Positions 29,893 to 40,532 of a DNA stretch of 64,000 bases are shown piece by piece. This stretch comes from Gammaproteobacteria bacterium (lineage in GTDB: Bacteria > Pseudomonadota > Gammaproteobacteria > Eutrophobiales > Eutrophobiaceae): assembly GCA_965248145.1 (NCBI GenBank), contig OZ252091.1, positions 3,425,291-3,489,290 of the forward strand, read 5' to 3'. The position numbers and the translations under genes are program-made. The notes below the pieces were generated by a model, which made no database searches, was not told where the DNA came from, and worked only from the letters and a program-made list of their open reading frames with translations. Each line of letters opens with the position of its first letter. The stretch's first letter is position 1.

Positions 29893-31042
29893 CCAAATGT
29901 CCGACGCCCATCTCCTGCAACACCCGTTCAACTGCCGCTACTGCTGCGCCCATGTCCACCGGGTTGAGGTGGCCGATACAACCGATCCTGAAACTGTCGG
30001 CATGGGCTAATTTACCCGGATAAATCACGTAACCCAAAGCACTTAAACGCCGATAAAACTCCGGGAAGCTGAACGTCCCGGCGCCCGGCATAAGAAAAGT
30101 CACTATGACGGGCGCCTGCAATTCATCGGGCAACAAGGTTTGAAAACCAAGTGCGCGCATTCCTTCCACCAGTATCCTGCAATTTTCTTCATAGCGTCTG
30201 CGACGTCCCGTAACGCCCCCCTCTTCTTCAAGTTCCCGCAAGGCCTGGTCCAGCGCCAGCAGGCAATGGGTGGGCGGGGTGAACCGCCACTGCCCGTTGG
30301 CCTCCATGTATTGCCATTGGGCATGGAGGTCAAGGCTCAATGAGTGGGCATTACCCTCGGTACGGGGAAACGAGTCCTTTGCCGCTATGACAAACCCCAT
30401 GCCCGGAACGCCCTCGAGACACTTGTTGGCGGACGCGGCAACGGCATCAAACGGGATCTCAGCCGCGCTTAACGGCAGCGCGCCAAACGCGCTGATGGCG
30501 TCAATCAACAAACTGCGCCCGCGCCCGGCAACCACTTCGGCTATATCCGCAATTGGATTCAGGATGCCCGAGGTGGTTTCGCAGTAGACCGATGAGACAT
30601 GTGTAATCCCCGGATCATCCGCCAGGACCTGGTCCAGGCCGGCTGCATCTACGGGCTGGTCTTCCTCCGTTTGAACGACACTGACCTGCCTCCCGAGATA
30701 GCGACAGATTTCAGTCACTCGATTGCCGTAAGCGCCGTTAACCAGGTTGAGCAGCTTTCCTTCTCTGGGTAATTGATTTGCAATCATGGCCTCCACCGCA
30801 AAAGAGCCGCTACCCTGCAAAGGGATGCACAGGTGAGTCTGCCGGGCGTCACATAGAGACAGCAGCTTCTGACAAACCCGCCGGTTCAATTCGATAAAAT
30901 AATCATCTCGCGACCCGTAATCGTGCAACATCGCCTGTTTCACGGTAATGGAGGTCGTTAACGGTCCGGGGGTCAGCAACAGCGGATCATTACCCGTCGA
31001 AGACCCTGTTCTTTTCGATTTCTTGTGTTTATCTACGGTCAT
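29873..31042 (-). CDS. phnW: 2-aminoethylphosphonate--pyruvate transaminase
   Basis: LLLTPGPLTT, QGSGSF.VE, CETTSG, SANKCLEGVPG, QWRFTPPTH, YPGKL; start at MTVDK. Confidence 0.9.
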   Translation of the reverse strand: MTVDKHKKSKRTGSSTGNDPLLLTPGPLTTSITVKQAMLHDYGSRDDYFIELNRRVCQKLLSLCDARQTHLCIPLQGSGSFAVEAMIANQLPREGKLLNLVNGAYGNRVTEICRYLGRQVSVVQTEEDQPVDAAGLDQVLADDPGITHVSSVYCETTSGILNPIADIAEVVAGRGRSLLIDAISAFGALPLSAAEIPFDAVAASANKCLEGVPGMGFVIAAKDSFPRTEGNAHSLSLDLHAQWQYMEANGQWRFTPPTHCLLALDQALRELEEEGGVTGRRRRYEENCRILVEGMRALGFQTLLPDELQAPVIVTFLMPGAGTFSFPEFYRRLSALGYVIYPGKLAHADSFRIGCIGHLNPVDMGAAVAAVERVLQEMGVGHLGHLGSE

Positions 31043-31112
31043 ATTGCCTGATGCTATGGACTCATTGACAACTTCGTGAATAATAAGAAAGCTTGGAGCA
31101 GGAGATTTTAAC

Positions 31113-31889
31113 ATGACTGATACCGTTTTATATGACACCGAGGGCGCCGTTGCCATAATTACGCTCAATCGCCCTGATTCACTTAATTCATTCGACAAAG
31201 AAATGCGGTCGGACCTGGTTGACGCGACCTCGCAGGCCCGTGCTGATGAAGCGATACGCGCTGTTATACTCACAGGCGCCGGGCGCAGCTTCAGCGCCGG
31301 AGCGGATTTGAAAGCAGGCTTTAAAACCGGCGCCGAGGTTGAGCATATCCTGAATGAAGAGTACAGGCCCAGCCTGATCAACATCACGGAAATGGAAAAA
31401 CCCGTCATTAGCGCCATCAACGGTTTTGCGGCCGGTATCGGCCTGTCGTACGCCCTGGCCTGCGATTTATCGGTAATGGGGGAAAACGCCTTCCTGCTCT
31501 CACCGTTCAGCACCATCGGCCTGATTCCGGACGGCGGCTCCACCTGGCTGTTGACCCGCGCCATGGGATACAAGAACGCCTATGAAATGGCCGTTGAAAA
31601 CGACCGTTTGTCAGCCGGGCGCAGCAAGGAGTTGGGCTTGGTAAACAAGGTCGTCGCGGATGATGCCCTGCTGACGACGGCCCGGGAGTGGGCGGTCAAA
31701 CTCACAACCAAAGCGCCGTTGGCATTGGCAAGGACCAAAAAAATAATGCGAAAGACCCTCACACTCGATTATGCAGACACCATCACCACTGAAGCCGCGC
31801 TGCAACGCCTGTGTATCGACAGCGCCGACTGTAAAGAAGGCATTACGGCATTCCTGGAAAAAAGACAACCCGAGTTCACCGGGAATTGA
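31113..31889 (+). CDS. Enoyl-CoA hydratase/isomerase
   Basis: LNRP..LNS, FSAGADL, AINGFAAG.G, IGLIPDGG. Confidence 0.92.
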   Translation: MTDTVLYDTEGAVAIITLNRPDSLNSFDKEMRSDLVDATSQARADEAIRAVILTGAGRSFSAGADLKAGFKTGAEVEHILNEEYRPSLINITEMEKPVISAINGFAAGIGLSYALACDLSVMGENAFLLSPFSTIGLIPDGGSTWLLTRAMGYKNAYEMAVENDRLSAGRSKELGLVNKVVADDALLTTAREWAVKLTTKAPLALARTKKIMRKTLTLDYADTITTEAALQRLCIDSADCKEGITAFLEKRQPEFTGN

Positions 31890-32066
31890 ATGTATCTACG
31901 CGAAAATCATGGTGAAAGCAGGAGAGTAAGCAATATGCAACACAAAGTCAGTCCTGTTATGTTTGCGCTTCCCGTCATTCCGGCGCCTCCCCTGCCATTC
32001 CCGCGGAAGCGGGAATCCAGTTAAACCAACCTTACTTGTTATAGAGAAGGGAACAAAGGAGGCTAA

Positions 32067-33137
32067 GTGACTACATTTAATCATTCCGACTCCTTTTCAG
32101 TTCAGCCAATCCGTTGGCAGGATGGTGAATTATACCTGCTTGACCAGACCCGGTTACCCGGCGAGATCGTTGAAGAACGGCAAGACTCCGTAGCCCAGGT
32201 GCGGGCTGCTATCGAACAACTCAAGGTGCGCGGCGCCCCGGCCATCGGTATCGCCGGGGCGTACGGCCTGGTGATCGCGTTGCGGGACAAGCTGCACCTG
32301 GGCCGGGATGCTTTTATCGCAGAAATGCACAAGCAGACGGATTACCTGGAAAGCGCCCGTCCCACCGGCGTTAATTTACGATGGGCATTACGCCGGATGT
32401 TAAAACACGGCCTGGAGTTGGCCGATGCAACCCCGGCACAAGTCCACGCAGAACTGCTTGCGGAAGCAATCCGTATTCATGACGAAGACCGCCGACTCTG
32501 TCGCAGTATCGGTGAGGCGGGAAAACCGTTGATCAAGGAAGGCATGGGAATACTCACCCATTGCAATGCCGGGTTACTGGCTACTTCCGAATTAGGAACA
32601 GCCACGGCGCCCATGTACCTGGCCCACCGGGACGGCGTTGACTTCCGGGTATTTGTGGACGAAACCCGCCCTTTGCTGCAAGGGGCGCGGTTAACCTCCT
32701 GGGAACTGCTGCAGGCCGGTATCGACGTTACCCTGATCTGTGACAACATGGCGGCTACCATGATGGCCCAGGACAGGATTGACCTTGTCATTACCGGCGC
32801 CGACCGGGTTGCCGCAAACGGCGATGCCGCCAATAAGATCGGCACTCTGGGACTTGCCGTCCTGGCCCGACACTTCGGCATCCCGTTCTACGTCGCTCTC
32901 CCTTATTCGACCATTGACCAGGATACCGCAACCGGCGAGGGCATTCCCATCGAAGAACGCCACCCGGATGAGATCACCCGATGGGGCGGGCATCAAACGG
33001 CGCCTGACGGCGTAAAAGTAAGCAGTCCCGCCTTCGACATTACGCCAAACAACCTGATCACGGGTATCATTACGGAACAAGGTATTTTGCGCAGCCCGTA
33101 CAGTCAGTCGATTAAAGCACACTACCCATGCAACTGA
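32067..33137 (+). CDS. mtnA: S-methyl-5-thioribose-1-phosphate isomerase
   Basis: VRGAPAIG, LTHCNAG.LA, DETRPLLQGARLT, NKIGT. Confidence 0.93.
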   Translation: MTTFNHSDSFSVQPIRWQDGELYLLDQTRLPGEIVEERQDSVAQVRAAIEQLKVRGAPAIGIAGAYGLVIALRDKLHLGRDAFIAEMHKQTDYLESARPTGVNLRWALRRMLKHGLELADATPAQVHAELLAEAIRIHDEDRRLCRSIGEAGKPLIKEGMGILTHCNAGLLATSELGTATAPMYLAHRDGVDFRVFVDETRPLLQGARLTSWELLQAGIDVTLICDNMAATMMAQDRIDLVITGADRVAANGDAANKIGTLGLAVLARHFGIPFYVALPYSTIDQDTATGEGIPIEERHPDEITRWGGHQTAPDGVKVSSPAFDITPNNLITGIITEQGILRSPYSQSIKAHYPCN

Positions 33138-34186
33138 AATACCACTTCTACAGTGATAACACTGCCGGGATAACCCCTGAGGCCTGGGCTGCCCTGACCA
33201 ATGCGAACCAGGGGTTTGCCGCCTCTTACGGCGAGGATGAATGGACTGCAAAAGCCTCTGACCTCATCCGTGAGCTGTTCGAGACAGACTGTGACGTGTA
33301 TTTCGTCTTCACCGGCACCGCGGCCAACTCACTGGCCCTGGCTGGCATTTGCCGGCCGCAGCACAAGATTATCTGCCACAAACACTCCCATGTCGTTACC
33401 GCCGAGTGCGGCGGGCCGGCGTTTTTCTCCGGTGGAGCCGGAATGGAATTACTGGATGGCGACGCGAGCAAGATTCATCCCCGGGACATTGAGCGGGTAT
33501 TGCAACAACCCTTCGATTTTCATTACCAGATACATAAAGCCGTGTCCATCACACAATCGACGGAAATGGGCGCCGTTTACACGGTGGATGAAATAAAGGC
33601 AATCGGGAAGGTGGCGGATGACAACAATCTCCACTTCCATATAGATGGCGCCAGGTTTGCCAATGCCGTCGCCGCCCTGGGCATAACGGCAAAAGAGATC
33701 ACCTGGCAGGCGGGGGTGGACGTCCTCTCATTCGGGGCGACAAAGCTGGCCCTGCCGGTCGGGGAAGCTATCGTCTTCTTTAACAAATCCCTGGCTGCCG
33801 AGTTCGGGCATCGCTGTAAGCAAGCCGGCCACGTGGCATCAAAGATGCGCTTTCTTACCGCGCCCTGGGTGGGCCTGCTTGAAAACAAAGCCTGGCTGAA
33901 ACACGCACGACACGCAAACCAATGCGCCACCACCCTGGCCGCCGGGCTGCAACGATTTGATAAAGCCGAATTGCTGGCGCCGGTTGAAAGCAATGCCGTG
34001 TTTGTCAGCTTCCCTCAATCCGTCCACCGGTTTATGCGAGAAAAAGGCTGGGCCTATCACATTGTCATTGGCGAAGGGGGGGCGCGTTTAATGTGTTCCT
34101 GGAATACGACTGAGGAGCTAATCGATCAATTCATCGCAGACCTGGAGAGCGCTTTTTCAACCCCTGCCCTTTCCGGCAGTCTATAA
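33128..34186 (+). CDS. ltaE: Low-specificity L-threonine aldolase
   Basis: SDN, YG.D, TGTAAN, HIDGARFANA, SFGATK, SKMRF. Confidence 0.9.
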   Translation: MQLKYHFYSDNTAGITPEAWAALTNANQGFAASYGEDEWTAKASDLIRELFETDCDVYFVFTGTAANSLALAGICRPQHKIICHKHSHVVTAECGGPAFFSGGAGMELLDGDASKIHPRDIERVLQQPFDFHYQIHKAVSITQSTEMGAVYTVDEIKAIGKVADDNNLHFHIDGARFANAVAALGITAKEITWQAGVDVLSFGATKLALPVGEAIVFFNKSLAAEFGHRCKQAGHVASKMRFLTAPWVGLLENKAWLKHARHANQCATTLAAGLQRFDKAELLAPVESNAVFVSFPQSVHRFMREKGWAYHIVIGEGGARLMCSWNTTEELIDQFIADLESAFSTPALSGSL

Positions 34187-34480
34187 ATGCGAATGTGAGT
34201 TGATTTGTTGTAGGTTGCTGGCTATGCGTTGTTCAAAACCATCCAGGCGTTCTTCAACAGCGCCCAAACGGTGTTCCACACTTGTCAAACGCTCCATAAT
34301 CTTAATTTGTCCTGCTTGTAGAGCGTTCACCTGTTGTGCAAAGAAACTGAAAAAGGCGAAATTCGCAGTAATGGCGATAGCGGCTACCCACTTGAGAATC
34401 CGGACTTCAGCGGAGAGTATCCCGAGTTTGTACGCTACTGCGCTGTCTTGATGAGTAATGTCAGTGGTTTCCTGGTTCAT
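34181..34480 (-). CDS. Small coiled-coil membrane protein
   Basis: One hydrophobic segment followed by heptad repeats; GGAGAGG RBS upstream. Confidence 0.55.
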   Translation of the reverse strand: MNQETTDITHQDSAVAYKLGILSAEVRILKWVAAIAITANFAFFSFFAQQVNALQAGQIKIMERLTSVEHRLGAVEERLDGFEQRIASNLQQINSHSHL

Positions 34481-34570
34481 ATCCCTCTCCTGTTATGTAT
34501 CCGTGCTATTGACTATCAGCGAAGTATAGGACTCCAATTTACCATCGTCAATATCAGTGTTGACACCAGG

Positions 34571-35575
34571 TCAGACCCCGTTTTCTTCGATTGACAGGAT
34601 GAGTCGCCCCTGTGCGGTCCGGTCTCGTACATGGATAAGCGCTGACTGGTAATCATCCAGTGAAAACCGGGTGATCGGGGCCGGTTTGATCTTACCCGCC
34701 TCATAGAGTGTGAATATCTCCGTAAAACATTCATGCATGATGTCCGGGGTTTGCTTGCGATAATCGCTTACCTGTAAACCGCTCACCTCAATATTTTTCA
34801 GGAGCAGGTAATTGGCCTTGACAGTTGGTATCCGGCCGGCGGCAAAACCGATGACCACCAGCCTGCCCCGCCAGGCTAGCGCCCGTATTGCCGCGTCAAA
34901 AATATCACCACCCAACGGGTCCAGGATAACGTCGGCGCCCCGACCCCGGTTTGCCTCATACACCTGTTGGCGCAGGTTTTCATGCAGATCATCTACGCCG
35001 AGATCGATGACCGCTTCGGCACCGGCATTTAATACAAATTCGGTCTTTTCCCGCCTGGCAACCCCCGCAAGCACCCTGGCGCCCAAGGCGTTTGCCAGTT
35101 GTACGGCCGCGTAACCTACCCCGCCGGAAGCGCCAAGGATAAGCGCGACCTCGCCCTCCCGGATACGCGCCCGCTCCCGCAATGCCACCCAGGCCGTATC
35201 GTATACCAGCGCCATTGCGGCGGCATCGGCGCAAGACATGGAATCGGGAAGACGATAACACTGGTCTGCGGGAACCGTTACCTGTTCCGCATAACCGCCC
35301 TGCTCCGCCATAGCCAGGACTCGATCACCGACTTTGAGTTGATCCACTTCCTCACCCACTGCCTCAACCACCCCGGCGGGACCTTTACCAGGCACAAAAG
35401 GACACTCCGGGCGAAACTGATATTTCCCCGCTATCACCAACAGGTCCACGTAATTGACCGCAACGGCCTTTATGTTGACGAGCACCTCACCAGGCCCCGG
35501 TAACGGTTGCGGCAACTCGCCGAGTCCGGTCGCTTCAAGGTCTCCAAATTCATTAACAATGACGGCTCGCATCAC
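34571..35575 (-). CDS. NADPH:quinone oxidoreductase (MDR family)
   Basis: VN..D....G.YQ, GASGGVG, GRLVVIGFAAG.IP. Confidence 0.9.
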   Translation of the reverse strand: MMRAVIVNEFGDLEATGLGELPQPLPGPGEVLVNIKAVAVNYVDLLVIAGKYQFRPECPFVPGKGPAGVVEAVGEEVDQLKVGDRVLAMAEQGGYAEQVTVPADQCYRLPDSMSCADAAAMALVYDTAWVALRERARIREGEVALILGASGGVGYAAVQLANALGARVLAGVARREKTEFVLNAGAEAVIDLGVDDLHENLRQQVYEANRGRGADVILDPLGGDIFDAAIRALAWRGRLVVIGFAAGRIPTVKANYLLLKNIEVSGLQVSDYRKQTPDIMHECFTEIFTLYEAGKIKPAPITRFSLDDYQSALIHVRDRTAQGRLILSIEENGV

Positions 35576-35578
35576 GCT

Positions 35579-37225
35579 TTACCTCCTAACCCGGCCTGTA
35601 TTGATTAAGGCCAGTATATCGCGTTTGATTACCTTGCCGCCGGGGGTCAGCGGCATATCATCTATCTCAACAAGGTACTCGGGCAGGTCGTATCTTGACA
35701 GTCCTTCTGCCTCGAGATGTCTGAGAATTTGCTCCGGGCCGGGACGGGCGCCGGCGGCCGGCATAATCACCAGGCAGACTTTTTCACCCAGACGATCGTC
35801 GGGCAACGGTATGGCCGCAGCTTTATCGACGGCAGGGTGGCGGACGGCAAGCTGCTCTATCCGGGCCGGGTAAATATTGTGGCCGCCGCGGATGATCACG
35901 TCCTTGATGCGGCCTGTGATATGCAGGTAGCCGTCTTTATCCAGGCTGCCGATGTCACCGGTCATAAACCAGCCGTCCGAATTGAACGAACTCGCGGTTG
36001 CCGCTTCATCATCAAAATACCCCAGCATCAGGCTGGCCCCTTTTCCTCCGATCAGACCAATCTCACCGGCGGCCATTTCAAGGTCTGCATTATCCATGGA
36101 CCAGATTTTTATCTCGTAGCCGGGACAGGCGCATCCCGCCGTCCCGATGATACGTTGCGGCTTATCGTCCGGCAATGTGTAGTTATGGGAATGGGCCTCC
36201 GTCATACCGTACCCCGTCTGCGGCATGATACCGTACTCCATCAACTCTGCCGCGACGTGGCCGGGTACTTGCGCGCCGGAAATTCGAAAACCCGTAATCT
36301 TTTCGGGAATTCCGGCCTCGGCTTTTCTTAATTCCTTTAACAGGTCAACGGCATGGGCCGGCACGCCATAGATGAAGGTCGCCTCCGTCCTGAGCAGGTC
36401 GTCCACGAGAGACTCACCGGGGGCAAGATGACTTAACACGATTTCAGCGCCGGCGTAAAGCGCGGTGACCATGGCGCCGAAACCCAGGTTGTGGCTCAAC
36501 GGGCTCAAGGTATAAATAACCGAGGTGTCGTTAAAATGCCAGTCCGCGGCAATGGCGCGGGCATTGGCCAGCAGGGTATTGTCGCTGTGCATCACGCCTT
36601 TGGGTTCGCCGGTGGTGCCGGACGTAAGCGCAAGGTAGACAAGAGTATCGGGGTCCGGGGCAGCCGGCCCTGTGGTATCCGCATCGGGGCGCGCCGCAAG
36701 GAGATGCCCGAACAGGGGGCCTTCGGCGTTGTCTCCGCCTGATGGTTGCAGGCCATAGTGTCCGGGGGCCGGCGTCAACCGCGCCAGTTCAGCTTCGATA
36801 TCACATTGATGCGCCCCCGTACCATAGCCTTTTTCGGTAATCACCGCGGCGGCTTGAAAACGATCCAGTAATTTCATGACTTCTGCAACCGTGTGATTAC
36901 GATGTAACGACGGACAACAGGTATAGCGATTTCTTGAGCAGGCCAGCAGTGTAATCACGGTTTCCAGCCGGTTCGGCAACCAGGCTGCCACCAGTTGACC
37001 CGGCTCGACCCCGTTTTCGGACAGGTCCGTTGCCAGGCATTCCGCCGCTTCAACGAGCTGCCGACAGGTTAACCGGCGATACCGATCGCGGGCGGCAAAA
37101 CGGTCCGGCGCGCGTTCGACATGACCCTGGACAATTTGAAAAATGGTCGTATCCTGCCAGAAACCCGAGGCCCGGTATTGACGCTGCTGCGCCGCGCTAT
37201 GCGTTGTGATTTTTGCGTTATTCAT
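35579..37225 (-). CDS. AMP-dependent acyl-CoA synthetase
   Basis: TSGTTGEPKG, YGMTE, GWFMTGD.G, GR.KDVIIRGG. Confidence 0.92.
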   Translation of the reverse strand: MNNAKITTHSAAQQRQYRASGFWQDTTIFQIVQGHVERAPDRFAARDRYRRLTCRQLVEAAECLATDLSENGVEPGQLVAAWLPNRLETVITLLACSRNRYTCCPSLHRNHTVAEVMKLLDRFQAAAVITEKGYGTGAHQCDIEAELARLTPAPGHYGLQPSGGDNAEGPLFGHLLAARPDADTTGPAAPDPDTLVYLALTSGTTGEPKGVMHSDNTLLANARAIAADWHFNDTSVIYTLSPLSHNLGFGAMVTALYAGAEIVLSHLAPGESLVDDLLRTEATFIYGVPAHAVDLLKELRKAEAGIPEKITGFRISGAQVPGHVAAELMEYGIMPQTGYGMTEAHSHNYTLPDDKPQRIIGTAGCACPGYEIKIWSMDNADLEMAAGEIGLIGGKGASLMLGYFDDEAATASSFNSDGWFMTGDIGSLDKDGYLHITGRIKDVIIRGGHNIYPARIEQLAVRHPAVDKAAAIPLPDDRLGEKVCLVIMPAAGARPGPEQILRHLEAEGLSRYDLPEYLVEIDDMPLTPGGKVIKRDILALINTGRVRR

Positions 37226-37271
37226 TTTCAAACTGTTATTCTGTAGTTCAAAATGTTACGGATCAAGCGGC

Positions 37272-38165
37272 TTGGAACTGAAAACTCATAACCGGTACAC
37301 CTACTCCCCCATTATCGAACGGCCGGATTACGACTGGCCGGACGGGAAACGGCTGGCGGTCTATATTGCCCTGAATATCGAACATTTCAGTTTCGGTGAA
37401 GGCCTGGGACATACCCCTACTAATCCGGGCACGCCGCCGGACGTGCGTAATTATGCCTGGCGTGACTACGGCCTGCGGGTCGGCATCTGGCGTATTTTCG
37501 ACCTGTTCGAGGAATTGGAATTACCGGCCTGTCACCTGATGAATACCACTGTTTACGACTATGCGCCCCAGGTCCCCGCCCGGATCCGTGCGCGCAAGGA
37601 TGAGTTCATCGGCCATGGCCGCACCAATTCCGAAGAACAGGCGGCCTGTTCAGAGAACGAAGAGCGTCGCCTTATCGAACAAACAACCGAGGCATTTCGC
37701 CGGCACGAGGGCAAGACCCCCGGCGGCTGGATGGGCCCCTGGATCTCCGAGAGCCTGCGTACGCCCGACCTGCTGAAGGAAGCCGGTTATCGCTATCTCC
37801 TGGACTGGTGCGCGGATGACCAACCCTTCTGGATGACCACCCGGACCGGTCCTGTACTTTCAATCCCCTACCACATTGAAATCAACGATTCCCCGGCGCA
37901 ACTGACGCGCCGCCATACGGCTGACGACTTCACTCGCATGGTCACCGCACATTTCGATGAACAACTGCGCCAGAGCAGCAAGCAGCCCCTGGTATTCAGC
38001 CTGGCTTTGCACACTTTCGTCAGCGGTCAGCCTTACCGCCTCGCCGGCTTGCGCGATATCCTGTCACACATCGTCAACCACCCCGACGCCGACCAGGTCT
38101 GGTTTACCCGCCCCGGCGCAATTTACGATCATATAGTTTCCCTGCCGGAAAGAGTCGTGCCGTAA
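37272..38165 (+). CDS. Polysaccharide deacetylase family (PuuE/allantoinase-like) protein
   Basis: WPDGKRLAV, WRDYG.RVG, GHG, DDQP, LH..VSGQP.R; TTG start assumed. Confidence 0.85.
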   Translation: MELKTHNRYTYSPIIERPDYDWPDGKRLAVYIALNIEHFSFGEGLGHTPTNPGTPPDVRNYAWRDYGLRVGIWRIFDLFEELELPACHLMNTTVYDYAPQVPARIRARKDEFIGHGRTNSEEQAACSENEERRLIEQTTEAFRRHEGKTPGGWMGPWISESLRTPDLLKEAGYRYLLDWCADDQPFWMTTRTGPVLSIPYHIEINDSPAQLTRRHTADDFTRMVTAHFDEQLRQSSKQPLVFSLALHTFVSGQPYRLAGLRDILSHIVNHPDADQVWFTRPGAIYDHIVSLPERVVP

Positions 38166-38271
38166 AGACGCGACCCACAGTCTGAAGGGGACGGAATATT
38201 TGGGGTCAGAGTAAAAAAACCGTTAGCCACAGGGGACGGAATTTAATTCCGTCCCCGGATTCATCCGCTAG

Positions 38272-40344
38272 CCCAAGTTTAACACCCATATTTATAAGTT
38301 CTTATTATTCAATCAGTTAGAATTGATAAATTCGGCGTCTGGCACTACAAAGTGCCTTTTATCCGTCGTTTAACCTATTACACGACCGTCTTCTGCGTGC
38401 CGCCGGGGTTCTCGTCCAGGCCCAACGCCGCATAGAGGGCCTGCTGTTGCGCCTCCGGGCGCGTGGCTTTACGGATATGCAGGGTACGTTGGTCGGCACA
38501 ACGGAAGGTAGCGGTCACCCGCTGCTGTCCCCCCAGGATACGGCGCAACGTCGTCCAGCTGGCCGTCTCCCCGTGCGCCCGCAGACGGCGACGGATGAAC
38601 TGCACGGCCTGATAGGCCAGTACGGTGATAAACAGGTGCCCCTCGGCGCGCGTCGGTGTCTGGTGAAACACCGGACGCAGCCCCAACTCCGATTTGAGTG
38701 CGCGGAACACGGCCTCCAGATCGGTCAGCAGGGTATAGGTGCGCCAGAGCTTTTCCGCATCCCAGTCGGTGAGATTACTGCGCAGGCAATACACGCCCGG
38801 ATGCGTCAGCAGGGAGCCGCTATGGGGCCGGCATTGCCAGCTGAGGGACGCGGCCTGCTTGCCGCTGGCATCCGCGGTGACGTCAACAACATAATGTTGG
38901 GCAATACCGCGGCTTTGTTCGCGCAGCCGACCGATGCGTTGGTGGATACTGTTCAAACTCTTGCGCGTGCGGGGCCGCGACAAGCCGTCGGCCAGGCGTT
39001 GCAGCCCGGTCTCGAAACGCTGTTGCAGGCGTGCCGCGATGCCTTTCTCTTTCTCGGCCCGGGCCGCCGAATAACAGTACAGGCGGGCCTCGCCCTCGCC
39101 CTGCTCCAGGTGCAGTTGCACCGGCTGCCCGGAGGCGGTGTCTATCGTTATGGCCTGCTCCAGGTCGAACTGTCGGTGTCGGGCACGGCTCACCACCAGG
39201 TAACGGTAGCCCTGTTCACGCAGCCAGGCGATGTTGGCCTCGGTCGCTATCCCCCGGTCCAGCACCACCAGCGCCGCCGCCGGCGCGCCCAGCGCCGTCA
39301 GCATGTCTGCCAATGTGCTGTCTTCCCGCACATTGCCGGCAAACACCTGCGAACGGCGCACAAAGCCGCTGCCGTCCAGTACCAGACCCAACGTCAGCAA
39401 CGGACAGTCACTGCGTTTCTCCTTCGAGTGTCCCCGGCGCGCCTTCGGTTGTACCCCGGCCTCACCCTCAAAATAGGTGTTGGTCAGGTCGTACAGCGTC
39501 ACGGTGGGGGACAGGTCGAATAAATCACTCACCTGCCGGAACAGGTGGTGTTCGAGGTCGTCCCGGTGCGCCAGCAAGACATCCGAGGCGCGATACAGTT
39601 GCATGGCGCTCAGCGCTTCAAAGTCCACCCCCAGCAACTCGCCCAGGGCGCTGCGTTGACCCAGCCAGGCATGGGCAGCCCGTTCCGACCCCGGCGCCGC
39701 CAGGCGCCCGATAATCGATCCCAGCGCCGCCGCCTGTTGCGGTCCGGTCAACCCCAGCCGTGCCAGTAACACCGGCACGCCCAGTTGTTGCAGTGCCCAC
39801 AGGCCCACCGCTTCCACCCCCACCGCGCGCGGCCGCAGCAGCGCCAGCGAAGCGGCGACCACACTGTGTACGTCCTCGGCCGGGGAGGCCGCCGCGGCCG
39901 GCGCCGGGGCGCGGGCCAGCAGTTGCGCGGCGATGCGTTGCGCTTCGGTTTCCAGCGCCGCCGGACAATCCGGATCAAGCAGCTCGGTCTGGCCGGACAG
40001 CAAGTGTTCGATGCGGGCACATAACGTCGGCCACTGCGTCCGCTCGATGGCGTAGTGGCTGCCGAGGTTGAGCAGGGTGCGTTGGCGGACTTTCTCCCCC
40101 ACGCGTTCGGCGCGCACCAGGCGGTAGGTGAAATAATCCTGACCGGTGTCGGTGCGACGGGTACGGGTGCGACGGATAAACATGGGGGACAGGATAGCGT
40201 GTCGGAAGGGGGCTGTCAAGAAGAAATATCACTTTATGGCACTACATTCATAAAATCCCTCATCCAACTATGAAAAATCAATTACTTAGAGGTGACTACA
40301 AGCGAAAATCAGCCAAAATTCGGGGTTCGAGTGTTAAACTTGGG
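38272..40344 (-). mobile_element. Complete IS1634-family insertion sequence
   Basis: 14-bp terminal IRs CCCAAGTTTAACAC/GTGTTAAACTTGGG; CTAG on both flanks; high-GC transposase. Confidence 0.9.
38378..40183 (-). CDS. IS1634-family DDE transposase
   Basis: YDLTNTYFEG, GHSKEKRSD, DRG, E..FR.LKSELGLRP.FH. Confidence 0.92.
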   Translation of the reverse strand: MFIRRTRTRRTDTGQDYFTYRLVRAERVGEKVRQRTLLNLGSHYAIERTQWPTLCARIEHLLSGQTELLDPDCPAALETEAQRIAAQLLARAPAPAAAASPAEDVHSVVAASLALLRPRAVGVEAVGLWALQQLGVPVLLARLGLTGPQQAAALGSIIGRLAAPGSERAAHAWLGQRSALGELLGVDFEALSAMQLYRASDVLLAHRDDLEHHLFRQVSDLFDLSPTVTLYDLTNTYFEGEAGVQPKARRGHSKEKRSDCPLLTLGLVLDGSGFVRRSQVFAGNVREDSTLADMLTALGAPAAALVVLDRGIATEANIAWLREQGYRYLVVSRARHRQFDLEQAITIDTASGQPVQLHLEQGEGEARLYCYSAARAEKEKGIAARLQQRFETGLQRLADGLSRPRTRKSLNSIHQRIGRLREQSRGIAQHYVVDVTADASGKQAASLSWQCRPHSGSLLTHPGVYCLRSNLTDWDAEKLWRTYTLLTDLEAVFRALKSELGLRPVFHQTPTRAEGHLFITVLAYQAVQFIRRRLRAHGETASWTTLRRILGGQQRVTATFRCADQRTLHIRKATRPEAQQQALYAALGLDENPGGTQKTVV

Positions 40345-40532
40345 CTAGCGTTGGTTTTCTACCAGGTATTTTTACTCTGACCCCAAATATTTTCGAATAT
40401 CGTGGTTATCATAAGCAAAAGTAATCAATATTCATATTAAGAGGAAAAAATAATTGAAATTCATGTATTATATGCAATTTTCATGATATGATGTCAGTTG
40501 AAATCAAAATTCACGGACAATAACCATTTTTC

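Larger units (their letters stand above)
38196..40390. repeat. REP/REPIN-like element copy 4, split by the IS1634 insertion
   Basis: Left arm 38196-38220 and right arm 40366-40390; nested GGGGACGGAATTTAATTCCGTCCCC palindrome at 38232-38256. Confidence 0.85.

Noticed and set aside
31043-31573. N-terminal extension of PhnW (566-aa ORF)
   Set aside because: It is the antisense shadow of the enoyl-CoA hydratase gene; PhnW motifs start after 31042
38447-39714. Long plus-strand ORFs inside the IS, and similar antisense ORFs such as 44597-45526 and 48652-49518
   Set aside because: They are shadows of GC-rich genes with no recognisable motifs
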